A stretch of 63,769 nucleotides of DNA, filler included, from Octopus bimaculoides (lineage: Eukaryota): assembly GCF_001194135.2 (NCBI RefSeq). It is 4 parts of 4 records of this genome, joined end to end, with 100 filler letters (N's around TTAATTAATTAA, not from the genome) between each part and the next. Parts side by side here need not be neighbours in the genome. Positions count along the whole stretch, not along the records: positions 1 to 31,723 come from NC_068997.1; 3 more parts are not named here. One strand, written 5' to 3'. Shown in pieces: positions 1 to 13,122 of the stretch. The position numbers and the translations under genes are program-made. The notes beneath the pieces were generated by a model that did not search any database, was not told the origin of the DNA, and saw only the letters and a list, made by a program, of their open reading frames with translations. The stretch's first letter is position 1; each line of letters opens with the position of its first letter.

Positions 1-135
1 CGTACATGTCTCCGTATACTTGGTATTCTCAACAACAAAACTCTATTAGTCATCAGTCCTTACTAACATAGGGACTTCTCATCACAATTTAAAAAAACTA
101 AACGAACAATAAACAACAACAATCATTATTATTAT

Positions 136-186
<51 letters not shown>

Positions 187-230
187 GACTACTACTACTC
201 TACTACTACTACTACCACTACTATTACTAC
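136..230. repeat. (TAC)n microsatellite
   Basis: Near-pure TAC/ACT triplet run visible in the sequence. Confidence 0.95.
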
Positions 231-437
231 AATAACAAAAAAAACATTGACAATGACCCTAAAAAGCAGAAAACTTTTTAAAAAACTTAAGAAATGCGTA
301 ATGGATATCAATTAATACAAAATAATGAAGCAGCTGACATGCGTACACGGCTAAATAAAAAAAAAACAGTCTTGTGTCATAAGTGTATGTATGTACGTAT
401 GTATGCATGTATATATATATGTTTGTGTGTGTATATA

Positions 438-492
<55 letters not shown>

Positions 493-1129
493 NNNNNNNN
501 NNNNNNNNNNNNNNNNNNNNNNNNNNNNNNNNNNNNNNNNNNNNNNNNNNNNNNNNNNNNNNNNNNNNNNNNNNNNNNNNNNNNNNNNNNNNNNNNNNNN
601 NNNNNNNNNNNNNNNNNNNNNNNNNNNNNNNNNNNNNNNNNNNNNNNNNNNNNNNNNNNNNNNNNNNNNNNNNNNNNNNNNNNNNNNNNNNNNNNNNNNN
701 NNNNNNNNNNNNNNNNNNNNNNNNNNNNNNNNNNNNNNNNNNNNNNNNNNNNNNNNNNNNNNNNNNNNNNNNNNNNNNNNNNNNNNNNNNNNNNNNNNNN
801 NNNNNNNNNNNNNNNNNNNNNNNNNNNNNNNNNNNNNNNNNNNNNNNNNNNNNNNNNNNNNNNNNNNNNNNNNNNNNNNNNNNNNNNNNNNNNNNNNNNN
901 NNNNNNNNNNNNNNNNNNNNNNNNNNNNNNNNNNNNNNNNNNNNNNNNNNNNNNNNNNNNNNNNNNNNNNNNNNNNNNNNNNNNNNNNNNNNNNNNNNNN
1001 NNNNNNNNNNNNNNNNNNNNNNNNNNNNNNNNNNNNNNNNNNNNNNNNNNNNNNNNNNNNNNNNNNNNNNNNNNNNNNNNNNNNNNNNNNNNNNNNNNNN
1101 NNNNNNNNNNNNNNNNNNNNNNNNNNNNN

Positions 1130-1169
<40 letters not shown>

Positions 1170-1189
1170 CGCGTGTGAGCCACATCCAC

Positions 1190-1696
1190 TTTAACACCAA
1201 CAACAGAAACGAAACAAAATTAAACAAGAACAAATCTGACAACAACAACAACAACAAAAACAACAACAACAGCAACAACATTATCTATAATATTATTAAG
1301 AACCGACCGGATATTACTATAAATGAAAACAATCAACGTAATCACATGACCACCGCCATTAATCAGTACAACAACAACAAAAAAAACATCAACAACCTGA
1401 TGGACAACAGGCGCATAATATTGCAGCGTGAACAATGGAAACATGTGCAACAATGTGTACACAAACAACATCAACAACAACACCAACAACAACAACGACA
1501 CACTACATCATCTACATCAACATTTCTTTTGCATGAAACAAAGCTATTCTACATTATTATTATTATTATGATTAATATTATAATTATTATTATTATTAAT
1601 ACTATTGCTACCATTATTACTATTATTGTTATTATTATTATTCTCGTTATCATTATTATTATTATTATTATTATGATTATTCAATTCCTTTCATGA
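1190..1696 (+). other. Low-complexity Asn/Gln-rich then Ile-rich open frame; doubtful exon
   Basis: One frame stays open for about 170 codons to TGA at 1694-1696 (…NRPDITINENNQRNHMTT…QHQQQHQQQQ…IIIII…). It is built largely from CAA/AAC and ATT repeats, which cannot create stops. No recognisable domain. Confidence 0.15.
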
Positions 1697-2122
1697 TTTC
1701 AAACAATTAAATCATTCAGATGGGAGATAAGAGTGAGAGAAAAAAGGAAAGGAAGAAAAATATAAATAAAAATAAAAAGGAAAAATATAAAACAGACGAT
1801 AAAGGGACAAGAAGAATGCAATGAAAGGAAAATGGTGAAAACACAAAAAAACAAAGGAAAAAGTACAAAAATTACAGAAAATTTCAATAAATTTAAATGA
1901 TAAAAGTCAAAGACAAAACGTGAAGAATGAGAACGGAGGGAGAGGAGAGGAGGAGAGGGAGAGAGTGTTATATGAAGTATAAAAGACAGGGAGAGAGAAG
2001 GTGGATGGAGAGAGAGTCTGTGTGTATGCAAGAGAAAGTAGAGAGTGGGTGTGAAACATGCTAAAAAAATAGAGAGGTAGAGAGATACAAAGAGAGAACG
2101 GGTGAGAGTGTGTGTGTGTGAT

Positions 2123-2153
<31 letters not shown>

Positions 2154-2861
2154 CAATGTGAGAGAGAGAGAGAGAATTATGAATTAATAAAATGGACAAA
2201 ATTTTGAACGAAGACCAAAAAAAAAAAAAAAATTAAATATTACGAAAAATAAAATTCGTAAAAGGACAAACATATACAATAAGAAAAAAAAAACACAGAA
2301 AAGAAACTACAATGAGAGGAAGGAAATGAGAAAAATGAAAATATAAATAAATAAATAAGAATTTCTCTATATAGCAAAAAAAAAAAGTCTTTGGATGGAA
2401 TTTGAAATAAGTGGAAATGTCACAGAAATATATTGAAGAAAAAAAGACAGAACAAAAATTACAAAAAAAAAAAAACGACATTGAAATAAAATGAAAACCG
2501 CCATTTTTTTTTCTTCTTCACAAATACAACAGCAATATGAACAATTATAACGAGAGGAAGACAAAAAAATAAAATAATGATTTCAGGAAAAAAAAAACAA
2601 TAAAATATGACAATAAAATACAAAACAAGCTAAAGTAATGAAAAAAATATAATAATATAACATGATATAATATATTATATATAATAAAAGCATTTGAAAT
2701 AAACCAGAAAAAAATCTATTAGGAGATAAAAACGAGAGACAAAAAATAATATATATGGTATTATATAATATTGTTATTTTTATATATATGTGTATATGTA
2801 TTGTTGCATGAGTGAGCGTGCGTGTGTGTATGTGTACGTGTGTGTATGTGTACGTGTGTAC

Positions 2862-2893
<32 letters not shown>

Positions 2894-3194
2894 ATGTGTA
2901 CCTGCATCTGTGTAGTGTGTGTGTGTGAGTGCGTGAATGTTGTATTTCATACAATGTTTCACACTACATGAATACGTCTAACTGCTGGCTATGTGTAAGT
3001 GCATGCACATCTGTATATGTGTGTGTGTGTGTATGTATATATATTATGCATATATATATATATATATATATATATANNNNNNNNNNNNNNNNNNNNNNNN
3101 NNNNNNNNNNNNNNNNNNNNNNNNNNNNNNNNNNNNNNNNNNNNATATATATAGATATATATATATATTATTTATATGTATATGCATAAATATG

Positions 3195-3240
<46 letters not shown>

Positions 3241-3682
3241 CACATACATACATGCGTTTTATATATATATATATATACACACACACACATTAATATATAT
3301 ATTTGTGTGACCCAATCTCTCTCGCCCCTCCTCTCTCTCTCGGTATGTACATACACATGTAATTTTATAAATTCATGTTTTAAATGTCTAGAACTATAAG
3401 TTCCATGCTCTGATAGTAAGGGGTCAGACGAGCGTCTACAGCGCGACGTATGCTCCCCAGTAATCTTTCAGAGTATGAAACTTTTACCAGCCGACATTAA
3501 AATCATGTGTTTATTAATTTACACCCAGCCACACAAACATATTTACACATATATACCTACCTATCTATATTCATACATATACATACATACATACACATAT
3601 ATATATATATATAGATATATTTATACACCTACCTAACTATATTCTTACATATACATACATAAACATATACATACATGCATAC

Positions 3683-3737
<55 letters not shown>

Positions 3738-4397
3738 TATACTTATGTGTGTGCAAGTGTGTGAGTATGAGTACGTAAATATGCGGGTGTCGCTGTATAA
3801 ATGCAGAAACCTATATCTGTTCTCTTTGTTTGGACGTGTACACACCGAGCATGTTTCTAGGTTTACCTAAAAAGAAGGAGGATTTACGAAGTGTTACGAG
3901 CGTTGAGACAGCAAGGACGTTATACCGAAATGATGTTCTGATGAAAATGGCGAAACTTTAGACAAGTTTTCTACTGATTGTTGTCAATATGGAAGATGGC
4001 TGGATGAAGTACCTTTTTTAATAATGCGTAATATCATTTGTATTATAATGTCAAACACCAATAGGGCGGCTGTACCAGTGATGTATGATGGCTACACCTC
4101 CGTTTAGCACTCTGATTGCAGCAGAGTGAGGTATGATGAATGCTGTTTTTTCCGGGTAATAACGACAGAATTGTCAGATATAAAGGCTATTGTCCAGTCG
4201 TGTTCGTTGGTTACAGTGACATCAGCGATGGTGGTTGTCCGTATCGTCTGCTATGTTGGCTGCTGTACTGTCAGGTATCTCGTGCACTCTACCATGAAGT
4301 ACTATGGTTGCTATACTGTCAAGTCTGGTGTCTGACTGAGCGTTTAGTTTAATGAACAGTGATGTGTCCACGACGTTGTTTATTTTCAGCTGTACAT

Positions 4398-4656
4398 CAG
4401 TAGACCTCAACCAGGGTTCACATCACCCCTTGGGCATCGATATAAATTTTTTTTTGTTGAAATTTTGTGTGCAATAAATTGGTTATACCTCTACGATACA
4501 CAACAATATTTTAACTATTTTTTTAATACAATTCCTTCTAAAATTTAATTAAAAAATATAATAGAAGTTTACAAAACACCGAATGGCTATTAGGCTCCAC
4601 TCGATTCAAATAGAGATCAAATTGGTTCATATGTAAAAAGGTCTTGAGAACCACTG
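4398..4656. mobile_element. Degenerate hAT (Charlie-like) non-autonomous element / MITE
   Basis: Left end CAGTAGACCTCAACC; right end TTGAGAACCACTG, whose reverse complement CAGTGGTTCTCAA is a Charlie-type TIR. AT-rich interior. Flanking 8-mers ctgtacat/atgcatat match only 5/8. Confidence 0.45.
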
Positions 4657-5311
4657 ATGCATATCGTTAACTTACTGTAGTATAAGCTCAGATCAGCTCT
4701 GATAACCATTCTTACATTTTCCTTTTAATTTCACTGTTTTGGACTATATTATCCCAACTCAATGTGAGTAGAGAAGAAGCTGACTGTTATTTTCAACAGA
4801 ACCAGAAAACTACTTAAACACCTCATCGGTTGTTTGGTGTTGGTGTTAAGTGCTATTTCTTCTGAGTCAATTCGGCTGCTGTTGTTTTAATTCGCCATCA
4901 CCAACGATAATAACTGGAAGCCGTTTTGAAGGGGCTCAAAAAGCAGAAAGCGCCCATTCATTTAAAAAGAAATATATAAATAAAACAAAGCAAACGAAAT
5001 GATCGACAGTTTGAATCATTTAGTGACGTCATGATTTTTGGTTTAGCTGAATATTCCTACTGAAAACAAAACAAACACAATATATAATGAAGCCGTCTTA
5101 CTTTTTGTATGTGTGTCGAAGGTCAATAGACAATTGACTTTGATAGCAATGCCAAGCTCAGATATCGTGTACCTCGTATGACTTATGTCCCTAATAAACA
5201 CTGGGAAATGCATGACGGACACCAAATCCATTTAATTAAACCTTGAAGTAAGTCAGGAGTAAAACTATTGAATAATTTTGCGTGTACATGTATATATATC
5301 TGTGTGTGTGT

Positions 5312-5348
<37 letters not shown>

Positions 5349-5443
5349 AGTATATGTGTGAGCACATCACTTAGCGTACATATTCGGATATATTTCCTTG
5401 CCATCAGTAAATATTTATATATGCGTTATGTATGTACGTATGC

Positions 5444-5474
<31 letters not shown>

Positions 5475-5502
5475 TATGTATGTATACACTCAAAGAGACA
5501 CA

Positions 5503-5547
<45 letters not shown>

Positions 5548-8500
5548 GAATAGGGAGAGAGAAAGAGAAAAATAAAGGGTAACATGATTACTGTAATTTC
5601 ATAGTTTCATTTGTGTGTGTGTGTTTGTGTGTGTGTGTGTTTGTGGCTATCTGTTTAACTGTCTGACTGTGTATGTGTGTGAATGTAGGTGTTCGAGTAA
5701 TATTTAGAATTTTTGTCTGGATTTGGTGATCAATATTGATAATCCATGTGATGTTATCGGAATCCCTCCCCAGACAATTACGTAAGAATTATGACATTTG
5801 TCATCGACAAAAGAAAGAACAGACAACTCTGTGAATTCCAGGGATTTCTTATATTTGACGCAAAGCCAAATATTTGCAGGTGAGTATCATGGTCGATAGA
5901 ATCGAATCGCGCGAAGAATTGGTATTTAATGAATCGAATCTGGAAAGATGAAGACAAATTTGAACCAAACAGAACTTAAATTCCATCGATTTCCCGTGGA
6001 AATTCTGTGGTTTATTCTTTGTCTGAAAATTCTTTTGATTTCTCCGTCTGTAAAACAAAATCCAAGAAAGACCCCTGGTAATATCTTGCAGCAATTTCGT
6101 TAAATTTTTTTTTTAAATCGTTAAAAATTCAAAGGTAATGCCGTGGAGGTGGGTTTGCGTAACCTTTAAAATATATTTCTTACATCTGAGAATGGTTTAC
6201 TTATAAACTTCTTAGACTACTGATGTTTTCTGCATGATGGTAAGGCATCATAGCGAATCACGAGGTGGGGTTTTCAGATGACACTCCGCGATATTTTATG
6301 CATGCTGGGTGGAATTGCCCAAAAAATTACAAAGATGTGTAGAATGATCCGGTGGTAAAAGTTATTTATCGTGCAGCTTTGCAATAAGTTCCAAGTCGAT
6401 AAATTATATTGTGTTGATGAAAATTGTTCATTGCTTGAAAAATATTGGTCAAGTTTAATAAAATTTTATATGTACTCAATATACATGAAGTGTTATTGTT
6501 GGGCCCAAGGCCCAATGAACAGTCCTTCACAGGAACAAGCCTAAAAGCCGGCCGATATACCTGATATATATATANNNNNNNNNNNNNNNNNNNNNNNNNN
6601 NNNNNNNNNNNNNNNNNNNNNNNNNNNNNNNNNNNNNNNNNNNNNNNNNNNNNNNNNNNNNNNNNNNNNNNNNNNNNNNNNNNNNNNNNNNNNNNNNNNN
6701 NNNNNNNNNNNNNNNNNNNNNNNNNNNNNNNNNNNNNNNNNNNNNNNNNNNNNNNNNNNNNNNNNNNNNNNNNNNNNNNNNNNNNNNNNNNNNNNNNNNN
6801 NNNNNNNNNNNNNNNNNNNNNNNNNNNNNNNNNNNNNNNNNNNNNNNNNNNNNNNNNNNNNNNNNNNNNNNNNNNNNNNNNNNNNNNNNNNNNNNNNNNN
6901 NNNNNNNNNNNNNNNNNNNNNNNNNNNNNNNNNNNNNNNNNNNNNNNNNNNNNNNNNNNNTATATATATATATATATATATATATATGTAACGATTAAAT
7001 TTATATATATAAATATATATACACACACATTATATATATATATATATATATACATGTTTCTGTAAAATTTGAAATTGAAAGTAGAGACAAAAGGCTAAAA
7101 GTTACTCAGTGATCGAAAAAGACCCAAATCTCTCAGTTTCTAATATAAAATGTAATAAGACTTTCTGGGAAGATAAGAAACTAAATGCTCAAAATAATTA
7201 CGTCGGCAATATCATGCTAGGTATGAAGATGAGATAAACGTTAAGATTTCTGTTAAGCGAAATATTTAAATAAAATGGAAGGAAATCTCAAGGAATTTGA
7301 GAAACAAAGGACTTCACCAAAAAGGGAAATCTACTGCGAGGTGATGAGAGACAAACAATTTTGGAACGATAGAATTGGTAAAGGGAAAATAAAAACTTAA
7401 TAGATCAGATAGAGAAAAGTTACACACACACACACATACAAATATATAAACATACAAACATTATATATAGATATGTGTGTGTATGTGTATGTAAAACATT
7501 TGGTACCAGTGAGACACTTGGGTCATTTTAATTCAACAGATACTCCTGCCCCTACAACTCATCACATTTTACCTATGTTAAAATTATTTTGGTCTAAGTA
7601 ATTAATATGGCTGACTATAAAGTTAATCGCACGAAACGTTTGGGCTGGTGAAATAATCCTGTTTTCTAACATATAATTATATAAATCTATTTATGTACTG
7701 CTTGCATACATACATACATACATACATACATACATACATACATACGTATATATACATATATATCTGTGTATATATATGTATATATATATATGTATNNNNN
7801 NNNNNNNNNNNNNNNNNNNNNNNNNNNNNNNNNNNNNNNNNNNNNNNNNNNNNNNNNNNNNNNNNNNNNNNNNNNNNNNNNNNNNNNNNNNNNNNNNNNN
7901 NNNNNNNNNNNNNNNNNNNNNNNNNNNNNNNNNNNNNNNNNNNNNNNNNNNNNNNNNNNNNNNNNNNNNNNNNNNNNNNNNNNNNNNNNNNNNNNNNNNN
8001 NNNNNNNNNNNNNNNNNNNNNNNNNNNNNNNNNNNNNNNNNNNNNNNNNNNNNNNNNNNNNNNNNNNNNNNNNNNNNNNNNNNNNNNNNNNNNNNNNNNN
8101 NNNNNNNNNNNNNNNNNNNNNNNNNNNNNNNNNNNNNNNNNNNNNNNNNNNNNNNNNNNNNNNNNNNNNNNNNNNNNNNNNNNNNNNNNNNNNNNNNNNN
8201 NNNNNNNNNNNNNNNNNNNNNNNNNNNNNNNNNNNNNNNNNNNNNNNNNNNNNNNNNNNNNNNNNNNNNNNNNNNNNNNNNNNNNNNNNNNNNNNNNNNN
8301 NNNNNNNNNNNNNNNNNNNNNNNNNNNNNNNNNNNNNNNNNNNNNNNNNNNNNNNNNNNNNNNNNNNNNNNNNNNNNNNNNNNNNNNNNNNNNNNNNNNN
8401 NNNNNNNNNNNNNNNNNNNNNNNNNNNNNNNNNNNNNNNNNNNNNNNNNNNNNNNNNNNNNNNNNNNNNNATACATACATACATACATACGTATATATAC

Positions 8501-8562
8501 ATATATATCTGTGTATATATATGTATATATATAAGTATGTATTTATGTACATGCGTGATGGT

Positions 8563-8700
8563 AGGGCCTCCATGTCGAAATGATTGGAGAACAGCGTGAG
8601 ATGAAGTTTTTTGTTCAAGAGCACAACCCATCAGCCGGGTCAGGAATTGAAAGCACCATCTCGCGATCGTAAGTTCAACTCTTGGAACACTAGGACATGT
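8563..8700 (-). mobile_element. tRNA-derived SINE fragment (5' head)
   Basis: The minus strand reads …CCTAGTGTTCCAAGAG…GGTGCTTTCAATTCCTGACCCGG…TTGTGCTCTTGAACAAAAAACTTCATCTCAC, a tRNA-like head with a B-box-like motif. It is similar to the copy at 57400-57560. Confidence 0.7.
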
Positions 8701-8804
8701 GATCGTGTGTGTGAATGTATGTGTATGTGTGTGTGCGTGTGTGCGTGTATATATATATATTTATACGTAGGTACGCACACACATATAGTATTTTGATAAT
8801 AAGT

Positions 8805-8990
8805 GTACGCCGAGCAAAATGCTGAGCGCTATTTTGTTCGTCTTTACGTTCTGAGTTCAAATTCTGGCGTGGTAGATTTCGCCTTTCATCCTTTCTGGTT
8901 GAAAAAAAATAAGTACCAGCTGATTAAAGGGATCGATGTAATCGATGTACCCGCTCCCCTGAAATTACTGGCCCTGTGTAATATTTTAGA
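8805..8990 (+). mobile_element. tRNA-derived SINE, family A (…TTACGTTCTGAGTTCAAATT…AAGTACCAG…)
   Basis: Shares GTTCTGAGTTCAAATT (B-box) and TTTCATCCTTT…ATAAGTACCAG…GATGTAATCGA with the copies at 52312 and 55530. Confidence 0.8.
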
Positions 8991-9454
8991 TGGTACACAA
9001 TTTAATCAGGGGTATATAAAACATCATTATCATCAACTACACCAGTGACGCGATCTCGCACAGGGCTACAGGATGAAAGAGGATCTGGTACGGAGGTTTT
9101 GCTAAATGAAAGACTAGGTCCTCATTTTTCGGAAATTACTGGATATAGATTAATAGACGATGGAACTTTGATTGTATGGCCGTATGTATGTCTTTCATAA
9201 ACACATAAATAAAATCGATTTATCTCAACAAATCTTGGCTATAGGATACACTCACTTCGATACAACATGAACACTTTTTTCTCACCATTTTTGTATGTTT
9301 CCAAGGAACTCTGACGAATCTAGAAGGTTCAAGGTTTGACCGAAAGATTAATCAAACAATCGAGTAGATAATTGATTGTGTGTAAATAGTAGACTAATAA
9401 TTGTTAAAATATTGGGCACATAGCTGCCAGTTTTAGGGGAGACGAGATACACAA

Positions 9455-9555
9455 CTGCATCAACCCCAGTACGTGACTGATACCTATTTTATTGAGCTCG
9501 AATAGATAAAAGGCAAAATCGGCGAAAACGGATTTTGAACACAAAGCTTACTGAG
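9455..9555 (-). mobile_element. SINE family A fragment
   Basis: ACCCCAGTACGTGACTGATACC…AAAAGGCAAAATCGGCG…ATTTTGAAC is the reverse complement of the family A body. Confidence 0.65.
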
Positions 9556-9829
9556 TCAGAATAGTCTGATAATAATAATTAAATAAGGGAAATTGAACCT
9601 TAGCGTGTATTTCTTACTGATATAATGACCTTCCCAGAATATAAGAAAATCTGTTTGAACATACGATTTCGCATAAAAACAATCTTGTAAACCTTTTACA
9701 AAAAGGATGTTTTGCAAAGAATGCTGTTGCATAAAATTCTGACGAAAAATGTAATTAAATTGTGAAGATGTATTAATTATTGATATGTGGATAGAAAATG
9801 TAGAAAATATAGGTGATTGGAATTTATCC

Positions 9830-10016
9830 TTACAGGAAGTACATGGAACAAATTGGGGGTGCAAAAAGGGTGGAGCACTTGCAGAAAACAGCACCGCTTG
9901 GAACCGCTCGAATACTCCGGATGGTACTCGAAAAATAAGAGGTGTTACCTTAGTTCACTGGTGATGAGCAGCTGACACCGTAGTACATCTCCTGCGTTAG
10001 AAGCTGTGCAAAGACA
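9830..10016 (+). mobile_element. R4/Dong-clade LINE, extreme 3' end with 3' UTR (5'-truncated)
   Basis: Translates to RKYMEQIGGAKRVEHLQKTAPLGTARILRMVLEK*, the typical C-terminus of RLE-type LINEs (LQKxALLGTARILR). A short UTR follows, then (AAT)n at about 10017-10062. Confidence 0.8.
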
Positions 10017-10062
10017 ATAAATAATAATAATAATGATAATAATGATAATAATAATAATAATA

Positions 10063-11620
10063 AACAACTAGAATCATTATTACAGACAGTGCATATATTT
10101 ACCAAAGAAATAACATGAAATTCGGCTTAGAAAATGTGTCAATGCAACCTTGAAAAGAGGAAAAGTAGTAGTAACTAATAGTATCAGATTAGGTAAAGAA
10201 AATGAAATAAGATAATTAGACCAAAGCCAGACATACAAATATTTCGGAATCAATGAACTAGATACGGTACAACACACTCAGATGAAAGAGAAGGTAAGGA
10301 AGGAATACTATAGACGAGTTTGATTAATACTAAAAACAGAGCTTAATGTGCAAAACAAGATAATAGGCATCAACACTCTGTTATAAGTTACAGTTAGAAT
10401 AGTCTTAATTGGACACTGAATGAGCGAACCAAGTTAGACAGGAAAACGCCAAATATAATGGCGGAATTTAGGATACACATGACATAGAAAGGATATATAT
10501 GCAATGAATTTAAGGTGGGAGAGGCCTTAAACAACTAGAAAACTATTATAAAATAACCACAATAGGATTATAGAAATCTCTAACTTAGAAGCAAGGATAA
10601 CTAGTACAAATAGCCACAAAACATGAGCAAAACAAAAAAACTGTTTTCTGTTTGCAAGGAAGCCGAAAATTACAAGAAAGAAGTCATGAAGAAAAAGAGC
10701 AAATAACAAAAGCCGTAATGCAACTGAAATCTAAGCTAAAACTGGAACAACAAAATACCATGATAAATCGATGGTAAAGAAAGTTCTTATGTGGCAAACA
10801 CTGGGATAAGCTAAACAGAAAAGAACTATACAAAGCAAAATCCCAATAATAGTTGTTAAGGTGAGGACTCAGAGCAGAGACTGAAGGACTTTTAATTGTA
10901 GCAGAAGATCAAAGTCTCCCAACCAGAAACCACCAGAAACACAAAATGAAGAAAAATACTAGTAACTGCAGAAGATGTGGTGATGAGGAAGAAACAATAA
11001 ATCATATTGTCACTGATTAAGAAGGAATATATTCACAGACATGACAGAGTTGGAACCTATATACACTAGAAACTATGCCAACACTATGGAATAACAACGG
11101 AAAAAAAAGATGGCATAGGTACACTCCAGAAAAGGTCTCAGAAAATGACAAAGCAATCATACTTTGGGATATACCAATACACACAGATAGAGAAATCAAG
11201 GCTAATACACTGGATATAGTTATCAGGGATCATAAAAAAATGTCTTGTAATCAATGTATCAATCCAAACATGTAACAAGGTATCTATAAAATAAACGGAG
11301 AAATATTCAAAAGATCTGGAAATAGAGGTAAACCAAATGCTGAGCCTAAAAACAGAAAGAGTCAGTATAATAATAAGAGCATTAAATGGGATTAAAAAAA
11401 AACATACAGTCAAAAACATACATAACCAAAACATCAGGACATACGAATATATATATAACATAGGAAAAATAGCACTACTAGGCACCACACACATTCTGCG
11501 TAAAGCACTTCCGATACAGTGAAAATAACAACGCCAAAACAAAACACAGCAATTACCTACGGCACACAGATCTGCGCTCGGTAGTGCAATAAAAGCACGT
11601 GATAAAAATAAGTATTAGTA
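10063..11620 (+). mobile_element. R4/Dong-clade LINE fossil: RT C-terminus, CCHC knuckle, restriction-like endonuclease, 3' UTR
   Basis: Frameshifted and stop-riddled. Motifs: MKFGLE, TLKRGK, TYKYFGINE, KEYYRRV*LILKTELN..NKIIGINTL, NCRRCGDEEETINHIV (about 10960-11010), RHDRV, ILWDIPIHTDREIKANTLDIVI, KIALLGTTHILRKAL* (stop 11520-11522). Confidence 0.9.
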
Positions 11621-11624
11621 GTAT

Positions 11625-12450
11625 CAGTATGTTCAGACATGGACGTAGGGATGGAATGTGGTATAAAAATGTGAATAGATGTAGCATGGATTTGATAGAA
11701 GGAATTATGTTACCAGACGGACAAATTATGGAGGAAATTGACGACAATGGTAATAAGTACGTATTTAGGCATCCTGGAAGCAGACTAAGTGAAAGAGAAG
11801 GAAATGATGGGATTGATATCAAAGGATTTATAAATGGAGACTGGAATTGGTGTCAAGAACAAAGTTGAATGGTAGGAATAAGACACTAGCAGTTGACAGA
11901 TGGGCCATTGCAGTTCTATGGTATAGCGATAGCGCTGGTGTGATAGAGAAGCAAAGTGGGAGGCTGATAGAAAGACCAAGAATATGATGAAACTACAGCG
12001 GGCTCTATACCCCAAAAGTGACATGGACGGGTTGTATCTCCCACGACAGAAAGGAAGAAGAGATAGCCTTAGTTGTGAATTGTGTGGGGAATCTGAGGAG
12101 AATGGTTTGGCATGGCATGTAAAGAATTCGAAGTAGATTTTGATGGCAGGAGTTTGGAAGATAAAACTCCGTGTCAGTGATGAAGCAATGGAAAAAGGGG
12201 AATTCTAAGCAAGACAGACTGAATGGCACCTTGAATAGATGGGAAGAAAATGGTGTATGGTCAATACTTACGGGAAATGATTGAAACGTGTGACAAAGAT
12301 AAAATCTGGGAAAGGACTAGGAAAAGCGACTTGAAATTTGAAACTGAAGTTCGTATCTTCGCAGCTCCAGGACAAGCACAGGGAACGAATCATACCGACT
12401 TCAATCTTGACAAGTCAATGACCTCCCCGCTTTATAGGTTATGATGTATA
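11625..12450 (+). mobile_element. Third, distinct R4/Dong-clade LINE fragment (RT C-terminus to just before the zinc knuckle)
   Basis: Motifs: DVGMECGIK, EGIMLPDGQIMEEID, LYPKSDMDGLYLPRQKGRR, YGQYLREM…DKDKIW…RKSDLKFETEVRIFAA…DKSMTSPLYRL. Homologous to, but clearly divergent from, 10063-11620. Confidence 0.85.
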
Positions 12451-12454
12451 TTTG

Positions 12455-12932
12455 TTTTGTCTTGGTGTAAAAGATAGGCTTCAGCAAAAATTCTATTCAA
12501 TGCCACAGATTTACTTGTACGTTGTTTGACCTTAACCATTTGAGCATGTCCCTTGGTGGCAGAAGATATGTGCACCTCTGATTACGAGCAGAAGTAGTGG
12601 AGGAGCATCATAGCCATGTGTTGAGAGGAATTCTTTGGGGTTTGGATAATTCACCTTTGGAAACATGGGTGTTTTGTTCAACATCCCTAAACAACCCTTA
12701 CTCAAGGACCTTTTGAGTGAGATGGGCTCCTCAACCTGAAGAAAATTCTAACTGGGCCCCACCTGCAAGGTCATACACTATTTATCTTGATATGAGATCA
12801 CCATGTCGCGCACATAGGGTTGTGATGTATGTGCCTGGTGTACCCTTATTAGACGAGTTGTCATGATGGGTATATTGGGCTTCGTATATTTTACCCCAGT
12901 GTCACTTTGATGGCATGCACTGCTCCCTCACT
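12455..12932 (+). mobile_element. Non-coding retroposon 3' region ending directly in (AAT)n; probable LINE 3' UTR
   Basis: About 480 bp of higher-complexity non-coding sequence ending …GGCATGCACTGCTCCCTCACTC and followed immediately by the long AAT tail. Family assignment is inference. Confidence 0.55.
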
Positions 12933-12933
12933 C

Positions 12934-13028
<95 letters not shown>

Positions 13029-13036
13029 TAATAATA

Positions 13037-13122
<86 letters not shown>

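Noticed and set aside
4080-4410. Open frames on both strands; minus-strand RVLNGGVAII resembles a LINE endonuclease motif
   Set aside because: Only one short motif, no other APE motifs, and in-frame stops.
5043-5231. Minus ORF with FPVF…YTISE, vaguely cadherin-like (protocadherins are expanded in octopus)
   Set aside because: It lacks the DxND, LDRE and DxD calcium-binding motifs.
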